A stretch of DNA of 62,345 nt, filler included. It is 7 parts of 7 records of this genome, joined end to end, with 100 filler letters (N's around TTAATTAATTAA, not from the genome) between each part and the next. Parts side by side here need not be neighbours in the genome. Positions count along the whole stretch, not along the records: positions 46,896 to 57,072 come from SRR31156797_30127; positions 57,173 to 62,345 come from SRR31156797_30165; 5 more parts are not named here. One strand, given 5' to 3'. Numbering within the stretch: the stretch's first letter is position 1; each line of letters opens with the position of its first letter. Shown here one piece after another: positions 52,251 through 61,823 of the stretch. A model generated the notes under the pieces. That model did not search any database. It saw nothing but the letters and a program-made list of their open reading frames with translations, and had not been told where the DNA came from. Position numbers and translations under genes: made by a program.

Positions 52251-54218
52251 TTAAAAAGTAATTATCTTATCGCTTTCTTTAATCAAATCATACAGATTCT
52301 TCTGAGTTCCCCGATTATGATCAGAATGGGCCGGGATAATCAGATGAAAACACGCACCCTTTCCAGGGCCGTCACTCTCGGCATAAATGCGGCCATGCAT
52401 TGCAGAAAGCGCATTGGCACACCAATGCAGACCAATACCGGAGGCGTTCCCGTTTTTTAACGAAACTCCCCGCTCGAAAATCCGTATCAGGTCATCGGCT
52501 TCGATCCCTGCGCCATTGTCCCGCACCCGGACATGGATCATAGCCTGGGTGTCCGGATTCTCGATGGCAGCTTGAATATGTATTTCCCCCTGGGTTTCCC
52601 CGTTCCGTTGAATCGCCTCGGCAGCATTGAGCCATAGATTCTCAAACACCTGTAAGAACGAGAGTCGATGCACAACGACGGCTCCAACCTCGGCCAGGCC
52701 AGGATCAAGGTGAGTCGAGACGGAAGCATAAAAATCTCCTTTGATGAACTGGACGGCATCATGCACAAGCTCTTCGAGGGGGATCGCTTCCTCAACTTGT
52801 TTGCCGTGCCCCCATTGTTGATGATTGTCAAGGATCTCTTCGATATGACCGATCCGTTCCGCCATCTCACACAATGTCGTTTTGGTGTCATTGGCGACCG
52901 TGATCAGACTCTTGTTCGACAGCAAGACAAATTTGATGAGATCTTGCCGGCGTCGTTCTGGAGCTGAGCCTTCATCCAATTCTTTCTGGGCCATTTCGAG
53001 TTGACGGAAGGGAGTTTTTTTCAGAGTACCGTGCATCAGATCCACTTGTCCGAGCAAAGGACTGAGGGCATTACGTACATTATGCAGAATTCCGGTAGCC
53101 ATTTCCGCCTTACCGGAATGATACGACTGGCTCATCAGTTTTTTCTGCGCGCCCGCCAACTGTGCCAGCATTTTATCAAACTCCCTTGAAAGGACGCCGA
53201 TTTCATCCGAACGTGATGCAGTGATCCGGGCCGAGAGATCACCGTTCCTGCCAATCGACAGGGTATGGTCGGTTAAATCGGATAGGGGCTTGAGCACAAT
53301 CTGCCGAAGCAATATCAATATGACGAGAATGATGCCTCCCCCAGTCGCGAGTATCGAAATCAGTGCAACCCGTGTGGTGACAACGCCTCTTTCAGAAATT
53401 TTCCTGGGAATCTTTGTCTTCAATAAAAGGACGGCATTGCCCTGGATATCGGGAACGGTTGTGAATACCAGCAGATTGCCATCACCGCTTTCTTTCATCA
53501 GAAAAGGATATTCCGTCGTGATCCGCCCCGGAATGTCCCTGAAAGCCTCTGGTAATCCGGTCGTTTGAATCGGATAGATCTGAAAATCGACGTTTGTTTG
53601 ATCGATGAGGGTACTTACGAGATCTTCGTCCAACAACCGTCCCATAATAAAAGTTCCACAGCTCGGCCCTTTGAACCCACTGGTCAGAATGGGACGGGCA
53701 GACACCAACATGGGCCCCTCCCCGGTCATGAATACACCGACAACACTTGTTTTTATCGGCGATTCCTCATCAATCACATGAGAGGTCAGGGGATGTGCCT
53801 TGGGGAAAGCATCGTTCGGGAATTCCGTTATCCGGATCCTCTTTTCGGTTTCCAGATCATAAATTTTCCCCCATACAACCTGCCCCTCCAGATCCAGGAT
53901 ATAAATGAGATTAATCTCACTACCCGTAAAAGAAGTGATAAGCAGATTAGACTCAATATACGCTTCCCGGCCGGATGATTCCTGAACAAATTCATACGTA
54001 TCATCCCACGTTGCCCAGTCAATACAAAGAGAGTCGAGATGATGAGCTTCCCTGTTGATCGCCTGCACGGAACGAAGTGTATTTTTACGGGCTTCATCCT
54101 GTTCCAGGGATATAAAACTCGGAAAGATAACGAAACGCTGGACAGCATATTCTCCCGCCGTATAGAGCACAAACACCAGCATCAGAATAATCAAGACCTT
54201 TGACGTGAGTGATTTCAC
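52251..54218 (-). CDS. CHASE4-HAMP sensor histidine kinase
   Basis: DWATWDDTY, DEIG..L, HNVRN, NAAEA, DNGAG and GIGL motifs. Confidence 0.9.
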   Translation of the reverse strand: MKSLTSKVLIILMLVFVLYTAGEYAVQRFVIFPSFISLEQDEARKNTLRSVQAINREAHHLDSLCIDWATWDDTYEFVQESSGREAYIESNLLITSFTGSEINLIYILDLEGQVVWGKIYDLETEKRIRITEFPNDAFPKAHPLTSHVIDEESPIKTSVVGVFMTGEGPMLVSARPILTSGFKGPSCGTFIMGRLLDEDLVSTLIDQTNVDFQIYPIQTTGLPEAFRDIPGRITTEYPFLMKESGDGNLLVFTTVPDIQGNAVLLLKTKIPRKISERGVVTTRVALISILATGGGIILVILILLRQIVLKPLSDLTDHTLSIGRNGDLSARITASRSDEIGVLSREFDKMLAQLAGAQKKLMSQSYHSGKAEMATGILHNVRNALSPLLGQVDLMHGTLKKTPFRQLEMAQKELDEGSAPERRRQDLIKFVLLSNKSLITVANDTKTTLCEMAERIGHIEEILDNHQQWGHGKQVEEAIPLEELVHDAVQFIKGDFYASVSTHLDPGLAEVGAVVVHRLSFLQVFENLWLNAAEAIQRNGETQGEIHIQAAIENPDTQAMIHVRVRDNGAGIEADDLIRIFERGVSLKNGNASGIGLHWCANALSAMHGRIYAESDGPGKGACFHLIIPAHSDHNRGTQKNLYDLIKESDKIITF

Positions 54219-54232
54219 GAGGATTTTTCCTT

Positions 54233-56518
54233 TTACTTGCGGTAGTTATATCCCGCGCGTAGCACGGCTTCAAAATCCTCGGCAGGCACAGGCCGGCCGT
54301 GACAGTACCCCTGAATTCTCTGGCACCCCAAGTGAACCAAAAACCTGTGCAACTCTATGGTCTCAACCCCCTCGGCAACGGTGACCATGTTCAGACTGCG
54401 GGCCATGGCGATAATCGTCTTGATAATCTCCTGATCGTCCCTGTTCGTGAGGGAATCCGTTACAAATGAGCGATCGATTTTTAAGACATCGACCGGAAAC
54501 AGCTTTAAACAACTCAGGGACGAGTAGCCCGTCCCAAAGTCGTCAATGGCAAAACGGATTCCCCGGTCCCGAAGACGCTGCATCGTTACCGATGCCTGTT
54601 CCGGGTTTTCCATAATGCAGCTCTCCGTGACTTCCAGTCTGAGACCGTGGGGCGACAGGCCGGTCTCCCTGAGGGCCTGCTCCACAGTTTCCACCAGGTC
54701 CGGTTCCTTAAATTGCCGGGGGGACAGGTTGACCGCCACATGAAACTCCGTGTACCCCATGTCATGCCATTTTTTGGCCTGGGCACAGGCCGTGTGTAAA
54801 ACCCAAGTTCCAATGGGGAGAATGGCGCCGGTCACTTCTGCAATTGGAATAAATTTAACCGGGCTGACCGGCCCCATCTCCGGATGCTGCCATCGTAACA
54901 GCGCCTCCGCTCCAACGATCCGTTGTGTTTGGTCCACCACCTGCTGATAATGTATTGCAAACTGGTTATCGTGAAGGGCGGAATGCAAACAGCTTTCCAT
55001 TGTCATCCGTTCCAACACGGCTCTATTCATTTCTTCCGTAAAAAAAAGATACCCTTGGCCCGTGTCTTTGGCTGCATACATGGCCATATCTGCATTTTTG
55101 ACCAATTTTTCCACATTCTCACCGTCCCTGGGGTGCATACTTATCCCGATACTGGTGCTGAGGTAGATGTCGTGACTCTTGACACAACACGGACGGGAAA
55201 CGGCCCCACGAACCTTTTCCGCCACTTTGGCTGCATCACTGTCATGCCTGACATCCCTCAAAAGGATCGTGAACTCATCGCCGCCGAGTCGGAAAAGATG
55301 ATCTGTCCTACGCAAGCAGTTCCGAATGCGTGTCCCAACGATCTGTAGAATTTCATCACCCGCATCATGTCCCAGGGAATCGTTAATGTCTTTAAATTTA
55401 TCCAGATCCAAAAACAAAAGGGCCCAGCTCCCCCCACCGCCCCGGCGGCGTTCACGTCTGGTCCGACAGTTTGAAGCGACCAGCTCTTCTTCCAGGCGCA
55501 TGTAAAATGACTTACGGTTCGGAAGTCCGGTCAAGGTATCATGGTAGGCAATGAATCGAATTTCCTCTTCGTTTTTTTTCCGTTCCGTGATGTCCTGAAT
55601 AGTAATAATGCAGCCCAACAGCATCCCCTGGTCGTCGAAAAAACCGGCCCCACTGATGGAGACCTCAAGGCGGTCTCTCTCTTTAGTGAACCGGGCTGAC
55701 TCCACACCGGAAACGGTTTCACCCTGCCGGATCTTCCCGAAGATCAACTTTTCTTCGGGAATGTGCTCAGATGGAACAAACGCCAGCGCCTGTCCGCGGG
55801 CTTCGTCCAATTTCCAACCAAACACTCGTGAAAACGCGGGATTCAGATATGTCACCCGACTCTGCATATCGTACACCACAACCGGATCGGGAGACGATTC
55901 CAAAACCAAGCGGTATTGCGTTTCCGCCCTTTCGCGTGCCTCTATTTCAGCCCGCAGCTCTTCGTTCGTCATTAACAGGTGGATTTGGGCCTGCTGCAAC
56001 TCCCTTTCCGTCTGCCATTTTTTTCCCAGGGCCGCTGCAAACTGCGTTATCTCTTGCGGATGAAACGGTTTTTGAATGTACAACAGCTTATGGAGGGGCG
56101 GGACCCGGTGTCCGATCTCCTCAGGATGAATATCGGAATACCCCGTCACCATGACGAGTTCAATATGGGGATCGACCTCTCTAATTTTTTCTGCCGTCCC
56201 AATCCCATCCGGCCCGGGGGGCATCCGAACATCGATAAATGCGACGGCAAAAGGCCGTTGTTCCTCAAGGGCGCTCGCCACCGTTTCCAAGGCCTCATCC
56301 CCCTGCCTGCATAGTACGAGTTCATAAGAAGATGCGACTGAAGAGGCTTGAGCCGGGGCGTCACCCTGAACACCGAAAAGCGAGCCAGCCAAGACATCTA
56401 TATCCGAAAACAGCGTGGATGCCTCCGTTCGGGCTGGAGAAAGGATACTCTGGTAGGTATCTAACACAGAGCGATCATCATCAGCCACAAGAATACGTAT
56501 TGAATCTGTTGATACCAT
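54233..56518 (-). CDS. REC-PAS-GGDEF-EAL c-di-GMP enzyme
   Basis: DVRMPPG, RRTD I-site, GGDEF, EALLRW and DDFGTGYSS motifs. Confidence 0.93.
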   Translation of the reverse strand: MVSTDSIRILVADDDRSVLDTYQSILSPARTEASTLFSDIDVLAGSLFGVQGDAPAQASSVASSYELVLCRQGDEALETVASALEEQRPFAVAFIDVRMPPGPDGIGTAEKIREVDPHIELVMVTGYSDIHPEEIGHRVPPLHKLLYIQKPFHPQEITQFAAALGKKWQTERELQQAQIHLLMTNEELRAEIEARERAETQYRLVLESSPDPVVVYDMQSRVTYLNPAFSRVFGWKLDEARGQALAFVPSEHIPEEKLIFGKIRQGETVSGVESARFTKERDRLEVSISGAGFFDDQGMLLGCIITIQDITERKKNEEEIRFIAYHDTLTGLPNRKSFYMRLEEELVASNCRTRRERRRGGGGSWALLFLDLDKFKDINDSLGHDAGDEILQIVGTRIRNCLRRTDHLFRLGGDEFTILLRDVRHDSDAAKVAEKVRGAVSRPCCVKSHDIYLSTSIGISMHPRDGENVEKLVKNADMAMYAAKDTGQGYLFFTEEMNRAVLERMTMESCLHSALHDNQFAIHYQQVVDQTQRIVGAEALLRWQHPEMGPVSPVKFIPIAEVTGAILPIGTWVLHTACAQAKKWHDMGYTEFHVAVNLSPRQFKEPDLVETVEQALRETGLSPHGLRLEVTESCIMENPEQASVTMQRLRDRGIRFAIDDFGTGYSSLSCLKLFPVDVLKIDRSFVTDSLTNRDDQEIIKTIIAMARSLNMVTVAEGVETIELHRFLVHLGCQRIQGYCHGRPVPAEDFEAVLRAGYNYRK

Positions 56519-56996
56519 TTTTTACCTTGTAATTATTATTTTCTACCCAAAGACCCGTAACTCCAACCAGGGCAAAAGCCCTTGCAAAGCCCGCCCCTTT
56601 GGCTCCATTTCCTATGTTCAAGCCATCTATCTCCACCATTGACTCCATAAAAGAATCAACTCTACCAGGAGTCAATAGCATTTGCTCCCGGCTTTTTCAA
56701 TACATGCCCTTTAGTTTTTGAACACGATTTTTTAAGTAGAGTAGGAGTAAGGCTTCGTTCTTTGGCTTATCCAGCCATATCCCTTCGATTCAAGACATGA
56801 AGTTTTCCCACATCCGACAGAGAGACCTTGTGCTGATCAACATGCTGAAATCGTAAAGATAGGAATTTGCAAGCAAAAGGGATATCATTCTGCCTTGGGG
56901 GGACGTTCCCTGCCTGTTTAATCCAGGTCATTCGAATATTGGCAAAACCATCGGCATGATTTTTTGACATTTTCGGACAAGGTCCTGTGAAAAAGG

Positions 56997-57024
56997 TTGA
57001 CAAGCCTGGATTTTTCTATATAGT
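56997..57024 (+). promoter_or_regulatory. Sigma70 promoter for the tRNA
   Basis: TTGACA-16 nt-TATAGT. Confidence 0.75.
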
Positions 57025-57045
57025 GTCTTTGTTTTTATCGATTGC

Positions 57046-57072
57046 GGAAGTGCGCGGCTCACTGGTGGGGCC
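57046..57072 (+). tRNA. selC: Probable tRNA-Sec, 5' 27 nt only
   Basis: GGAAGTGC acceptor strand and GGCTC(A)C-TGGT-GGGGCC D-arm with a YGGT loop; anticodon not visible. Confidence 0.65.
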
Positions 57073-57172
57073 NNNNNNNNNNNNNNNNNNNNNNNNNNNN
57101 NNNNNNNNNNNNNNNNTTAATTAATTAANNNNNNNNNNNNNNNNNNNNNNNNNNNNNNNNNNNNNNNNNNNN
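57073..57172. other. Artificial contig spacer
   Basis: N-run with linker. Confidence 0.99.
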
Positions 57173-57719
57173 TTACTATCTTGACTCGGATTCAAGTTCC
57201 AATCAGCCCATGATGGGGGGGAAGGTCGCAATGGCCATGTGTTACCTTGCCATCGCGCCGGAACTGCTCGATCCCCACAAGAACAGATACCATGGTGTGA
57301 CAGGTTTTTTCCCCACCCCAAAAGGTCCCGGGGCAAGGGCGACTTCCCTTGGCGGCCAGGGAATCTCCATCATCAGCTATTCAAAGAAAAAGGCGCTTTC
57401 CCTGAAATTCCTTGAATGGTTCATACGGGAGGATGTTCAAAAAAAATGGGCGGAAAAAGGGGGGCTCAGCTGCAACCGGAAGGTCCTTGAATCCCGGGCG
57501 TTTCTTTCGGCATCCCCCGTGAACCGGCCCTACAGGGAATCCATGGAGATTGTGAGGGATTTCTGGGCCGTTCCCGAGTATCCCCGGCTTCTGGCCGTTT
57601 CCCAGAAACATTGGAGCAGGTATATCACCACCGGGGAACCGGATGCGGAAGAGACCATGAATGTCGTTGCGAAACAATGGGAGGAGATTTTTGACCAGGC
57701 AGGGTATTACAGAGAGTAG
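57173..57719 (+). CDS. Sugar-type ABC substrate-binding protein, 5'-truncated
   Basis: SLGGQGISI, FLEWF..EDVQKKWA and DFWAVPEY motifs. Confidence 0.8.
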
Positions 57720-59907
57720 GGAAAAGAACGGAAAAACAAACATATTTATTTCCATCAGGACAAAACTTCTCATTCTGTGCATCTGCCTGGTCACGATTCC
57801 CGCCCTGGTCCTCGGCACTTTGATATACCATGCCCTGAAAAAGCAGGCCTACAGTCATACGGTCAGGGAACTTCAATTGATCGTGAGCGACTGGGAGACC
57901 ATTTCAAGGATTCAGATGGAACAGGTCTCAAGGGTGCTGAAACGGGAAGAGATACTGGTCGAGCTGCGGTTAAAGGCCATTGGAACCGCCGTCCAGGCCA
58001 CCCTTGACAGCTGGTACCAGGGGACTTTGACCAGGGAAAACGCCTTGGAGATCATATCGGCCGTCCGAATATCGAAGAACGGCCATGTGATGATGATCGC
58101 CCCCGACGGCACCATCCTTTTGTCCGGGGACCGGGTGGACGACGGTAAAAACATTTTCACACTGAATGATTGCCGGGCGGCGTTCGCAATGCAGGTTTTC
58201 TCCAAAGTAGAAACTCTTAAAAAAGGGAATACCGTCACACTGAAGCACCAATGGCAGGATACGGGGAGCCCCGCTCCAAGGCCTGTTCTGTCGGTGATTT
58301 CCTATCACAATCCCCTTGATATCATCATTTGCGTGAACATCTATGAATCCGATTATAAAAGCATCATGTTTGAAGCGCAGGTCAAAAGAGATCTTCGGTT
58401 CCTGATGGCGGAACAGAAGGTGGGAGAGAACGGATATCTCTATGTCATGAATACAAAAGGCGAATATGTGGTTTCAAAGGACAACCTCAGGGACGGGGAA
58501 AATATCCTGGACGAGGCCACCCGGGACGGAATACCCATCATAAGAGAGATGATCCGAAAAAATACGGCATCGGGCGGAAACGATTTCCTTACCTTTCATT
58601 ATTCCTGGAAAAGTATCCGGGACGGTAAGTTCCATGACAGGATATCAGTAACAAAATATTTACCCGAATGGGACTGGATCATCGGTGCGGCCATGCCCCA
58701 TGAGGATTTCCTGGGACTTCTTTCCCTGCTTGGAAATTATATCTTTATCATCTGCATGGGAGCGATTCTCACAGGTTCCCTGGTGGCATTGTTCATGTCA
58801 AAACTGTTGACCGCGCCCATACAATACCTTGAAAAAATCATCGGAAAAGCGTCCGGGGGAGAGCTTGAAATAGCAATAGACAGGTCCGTTGTGTCGTCAA
58901 AGGATGAGATTGGAAGCCTTGCGGCCTCTTTTGATACCATGATCAAAAATCTCAGGGAAAGGACCGAAACCCTTCACAGGGAAAAAAGGGCCCTCAGGGA
59001 AAGTGAGCAGCGATACCGGCAGATCATAGAAAACGCAAGTGACATCATCTTTACCATGGACCTGGACGGGATGATCCATGATATCTCCCGGAGCTGGAAA
59101 AGGCTCCTGGGCTATGAAGGCATTGAGATCCGGGGACACCATTACAACTCTTTTATCCATGCCGAGGACCGGGAAAAGGCTCAACGGGGATTAAAGGAGA
59201 TTCTGACAACCGGCCAGGACGTAAATATCGAATACAGGGTGTGGGACAGCCGGGGCCAACTTCAGTGGCATACCTGCAACGCAACCCTTCTCAAGGACGA
59301 TAACGGCCACCCCCTGTATATCATCGGCATTGCCAGGGATATTACGGAACAGAAGGAAAAGTTCGACCGGATACGGAGTGAGGCGGAACTTGATCCCCTT
59401 ACCGGAATTTTCAACCGAAGAATGCTGGAGCATTTCCTTGAATCGGAGATTTCCCAATCAAAGCGTTATGGAAGCGTTTTTTCGGTGATGATGATCGATC
59501 TCGATCATTTCAAACGCGTCAACGACACACACGGCCATGATACCGGGGATGCCGTGCTCAAGGAGAGTACCCGGATTTTTAAAGCAATCATCAGGGATTC
59601 GGATATGCTTGCAAGGTATGGGGGGGAAGAGTTCGTTCTCCTTGCCCCCAATACGGAACTTGCCAATGCCATGATCCTGTCGGAAAAAATAAGGGAGCGT
59701 TTTTCCAGAACCGTGTTTGACAAAGTGGGACACCTCACCCTCAGCATCGGGGTGGCCCGGTACCGTGAGAACGATACAAAAGCATCGGTCCTGAAAAGGG
59801 CGGACACGGCCCTTTACCGCGCAAAACAGACTGGAAGAAACAGGGTCGTAACCCTTGAAGAGCGCCATGACGATCCCGTTCCCCGGACAGAAGCACCGCC
59901 TTCCTGA
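57691..59907 (+). CDS. Cache-HAMP-PAS diguanylate cyclase
   Basis: Two TMs around Cache domains, DEIG HAMP, PAS, RDSD I-site and GGEEF; TTG start after GGAGGAG. Confidence 0.9.
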   Translation: MTRQGITESREKNGKTNIFISIRTKLLILCICLVTIPALVLGTLIYHALKKQAYSHTVRELQLIVSDWETISRIQMEQVSRVLKREEILVELRLKAIGTAVQATLDSWYQGTLTRENALEIISAVRISKNGHVMMIAPDGTILLSGDRVDDGKNIFTLNDCRAAFAMQVFSKVETLKKGNTVTLKHQWQDTGSPAPRPVLSVISYHNPLDIIICVNIYESDYKSIMFEAQVKRDLRFLMAEQKVGENGYLYVMNTKGEYVVSKDNLRDGENILDEATRDGIPIIREMIRKNTASGGNDFLTFHYSWKSIRDGKFHDRISVTKYLPEWDWIIGAAMPHEDFLGLLSLLGNYIFIICMGAILTGSLVALFMSKLLTAPIQYLEKIIGKASGGELEIAIDRSVVSSKDEIGSLAASFDTMIKNLRERTETLHREKRALRESEQRYRQIIENASDIIFTMDLDGMIHDISRSWKRLLGYEGIEIRGHHYNSFIHAEDREKAQRGLKEILTTGQDVNIEYRVWDSRGQLQWHTCNATLLKDDNGHPLYIIGIARDITEQKEKFDRIRSEAELDPLTGIFNRRMLEHFLESEISQSKRYGSVFSVMMIDLDHFKRVNDTHGHDTGDAVLKESTRIFKAIIRDSDMLARYGGEEFVLLAPNTELANAMILSEKIRERFSRTVFDKVGHLTLSIGVARYRENDTKASVLKRADTALYRAKQTGRNRVVTLEERHDDPVPRTEAPPS

Positions 59908-60062
59908 TCCCGTTCCATATGGATTGCCGGATAAATGTGCCGGGATTTCATTTGATCCTTTTCTGTGGGCATGGTTTTTCCTGCCTGTGTACGCTATTTA
60001 TTGACAGAAACACCTTGTTGTGACACATTGTCCGTCTGTTTGAAGGAAGGATAAGTTGTGGA

Positions 60063-61184
60063 GTGGAAAGCTTTTTGGGATTATCGATGAATATTCACAC
60101 ACCGGTGGTGAGCGTGCTGATTCTGGCAGGAGCGGGAATCATGCTGTACAGTATCAGGCAGTTTCAAGGCAACATCCGTCTGCTGAAAGATTTCTATATC
60201 CGTAAAAACAGGAAGCTGTCCCGGCGCATCTTCCTGCATATGGCCATGATGGTGTTTTTCTTCACGGGTTACCTTGGTTTTTTCTATTGTTTTATCACAG
60301 ACATCCATCTGGGGCTTGAGATGATCACGGCCAACGTGTTTTTCTTTGGCGCCATCTTTGTCGCCATGGGCAACAACCTTCACCGGGGCATGCTTTTTTC
60401 CATCAAAAACAGTTACCAGCGCACCTTGCGCATCAGCGCCGCCCTGGAGGAGGAACGGGAAAAGTTGCTCACCGCCAACCGCCAGCTGCTCCAGACCGAG
60501 GATGTGACCATCCTGGCCCTGGCTTACCAGGCGGAACTCCGGGACGGGGAAACCGGCAGTCATATTTCCCGCACATCGGAATATGTGGAACTCATTGCCC
60601 GGCGGTTGAAAAAGAAATCCAGCCAGTCCTCCTACCTTACGGAAGGGTATGTCCGGGAACTGGTGAAATCAGCGCCCCTCCACGATATCGGAAAGGTGGG
60701 GATCCCGGATCGCATCCTTCGGAAAAAGGGAACGTTTACTCCGGAGGAGTTTGAGATCATGAAAAAGCATTGTGAGTACGGATCGGAAGTGATCCGCAAG
60801 GCCCAGGCCAAGCTCAATTTTCAGTCCTTCCTGGAGATCGCGGCCCAGCTCACCCTTTGCCACCACGAGAAATGGGACGGCACCGGGTATCCCGCGGGCC
60901 TTGCCGGAGAACATATTCCCCTTTCCGCCAGGATCATGGCCCTGGCCGACGTCTACGACGCCCTGAGGTCCAAACGGTGTTACAAGGACGCCTTTTCCCA
61001 CGGGAAAGCCTGCGCCATCATCCGGGAGGAGCGGGGCAGGCATTTTGATCCGGAGATCGTTGACGCTTTTTTTGCCGAAGAAAGAAACTTTGCACGGATC
61101 TCCATTGAGCATGGGGATGAATTTCAAGACGCGTCCATTCAATCCTTGCCTGCGTTATGTCTTGTTGAGGAAAAAAAGGGTTGA
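60063..61184 (+). CDS. Membrane-anchored HD-GYP phosphodiesterase
   Basis: Three TMs; ETGSH, LHDIGK, HHEKWDGTGYP and ADVYDAL motifs. Confidence 0.92.
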   Translation: MESFLGLSMNIHTPVVSVLILAGAGIMLYSIRQFQGNIRLLKDFYIRKNRKLSRRIFLHMAMMVFFFTGYLGFFYCFITDIHLGLEMITANVFFFGAIFVAMGNNLHRGMLFSIKNSYQRTLRISAALEEEREKLLTANRQLLQTEDVTILALAYQAELRDGETGSHISRTSEYVELIARRLKKKSSQSSYLTEGYVRELVKSAPLHDIGKVGIPDRILRKKGTFTPEEFEIMKKHCEYGSEVIRKAQAKLNFQSFLEIAAQLTLCHHEKWDGTGYPAGLAGEHIPLSARIMALADVYDALRSKRCYKDAFSHGKACAIIREERGRHFDPEIVDAFFAEERNFARISIEHGDEFQDASIQSLPALCLVEEKKG

Positions 61185-61219
61185 CATCAAATCGTGTTGT
61201 GATTTATGTATGCCCCATA

Positions 61220-61241
61220 ATTACCTGAAGGTAATGGTTAC
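61220..61241. promoter_or_regulatory. Candidate metal-regulator operator
   Basis: ATTACC-TGAA-GGTAAT palindrome overlapping GTAATGGTTAC (one mismatch to the Zur-type core GTAATnATTAC). Confidence 0.35.
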
Positions 61242-61270
61242 TTAAAAAGTAGTAAATTTGTTCGAAACGT

Positions 61271-61326
61271 AAGCCACGAAGGCCTTTATTCCCCCTGATG
61301 GGGAATGGATCTTTGTGGCTTTTTTT
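61271..61326 (+). terminator. Terminator or attenuator hairpin upstream of the DUF4198-like gene
   Basis: AAGCCACGAAG...ATTCCCC-ctgat-GGGGAAT...CTTTGTGGC followed by T7. Confidence 0.7.
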
Positions 61327-61359
61327 GTTTTAACGGTCTATTTTTTTAAGGAGAAGACA

Positions 61360-61753
61360 ATGACCAGACCCTGTAAATTCTTTCTGTTATCGGTAATGAT
61401 TTGCTTTACTTTGCTTTCATCGGTTTCCGCCCATGAGTTTGTCATCAAACCGGTTCAGATGAACGTCGAACCGGATCAAAAAGTTCCCTTCAGCGTACTG
61501 TCGTGCCACGTGTTCATGGTCAGCGAGGAAATGGAACCCGGGCACCTGGCGGGTGGAGGTCAGTGATGGAATGGGGCATAAAATCATGGGCCGGGTCCAG
61601 GTGCAGCCTGAGCAAACCCAAGCGTCCGCCCCAAAAGTAACTCCCCTGGACCGGAAAGCCCTGTCCAGACCCCTTTCAGCAGTGCTGGGAATCAGCCTTA
61701 TCTTTAACCTCTGTATGGGCATTGTGCTGGTGCGCAGGAAAAAAAAAGAGTAA
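61360..61753 (+). pseudogene. Out-of-frame fusion of a DUF4198-like N-terminus and a Ni/Co transport accessory C-terminus
   Basis: Signal peptide plus AHEFVIKP...HVFMVSEEME, then another frame reads PGTWRVEVSDGMGH...TM-RRKKKE; junction near 61538-61543. Confidence 0.6.
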
Positions 61754-61784
61754 AGCCGGGCTGGGGACATCCCGGCAAAGAGAG

Positions 61785-61815
61785 CGCAACGTCTTCCCTG
61801 TGGGCGGACGTTGCG
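61785..61815. terminator. Hairpin between convergent genes
   Basis: CGCAACGTC...GACGTTGCG. Confidence 0.5.
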
Positions 61816-61823
61816 TTGCAGTA

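Noticed and set aside
56481-57003. Small minus-strand ORFs upstream of the GGDEF-EAL gene
   Set aside because: No motifs or convincing RBS; one overlaps the tRNA promoter.
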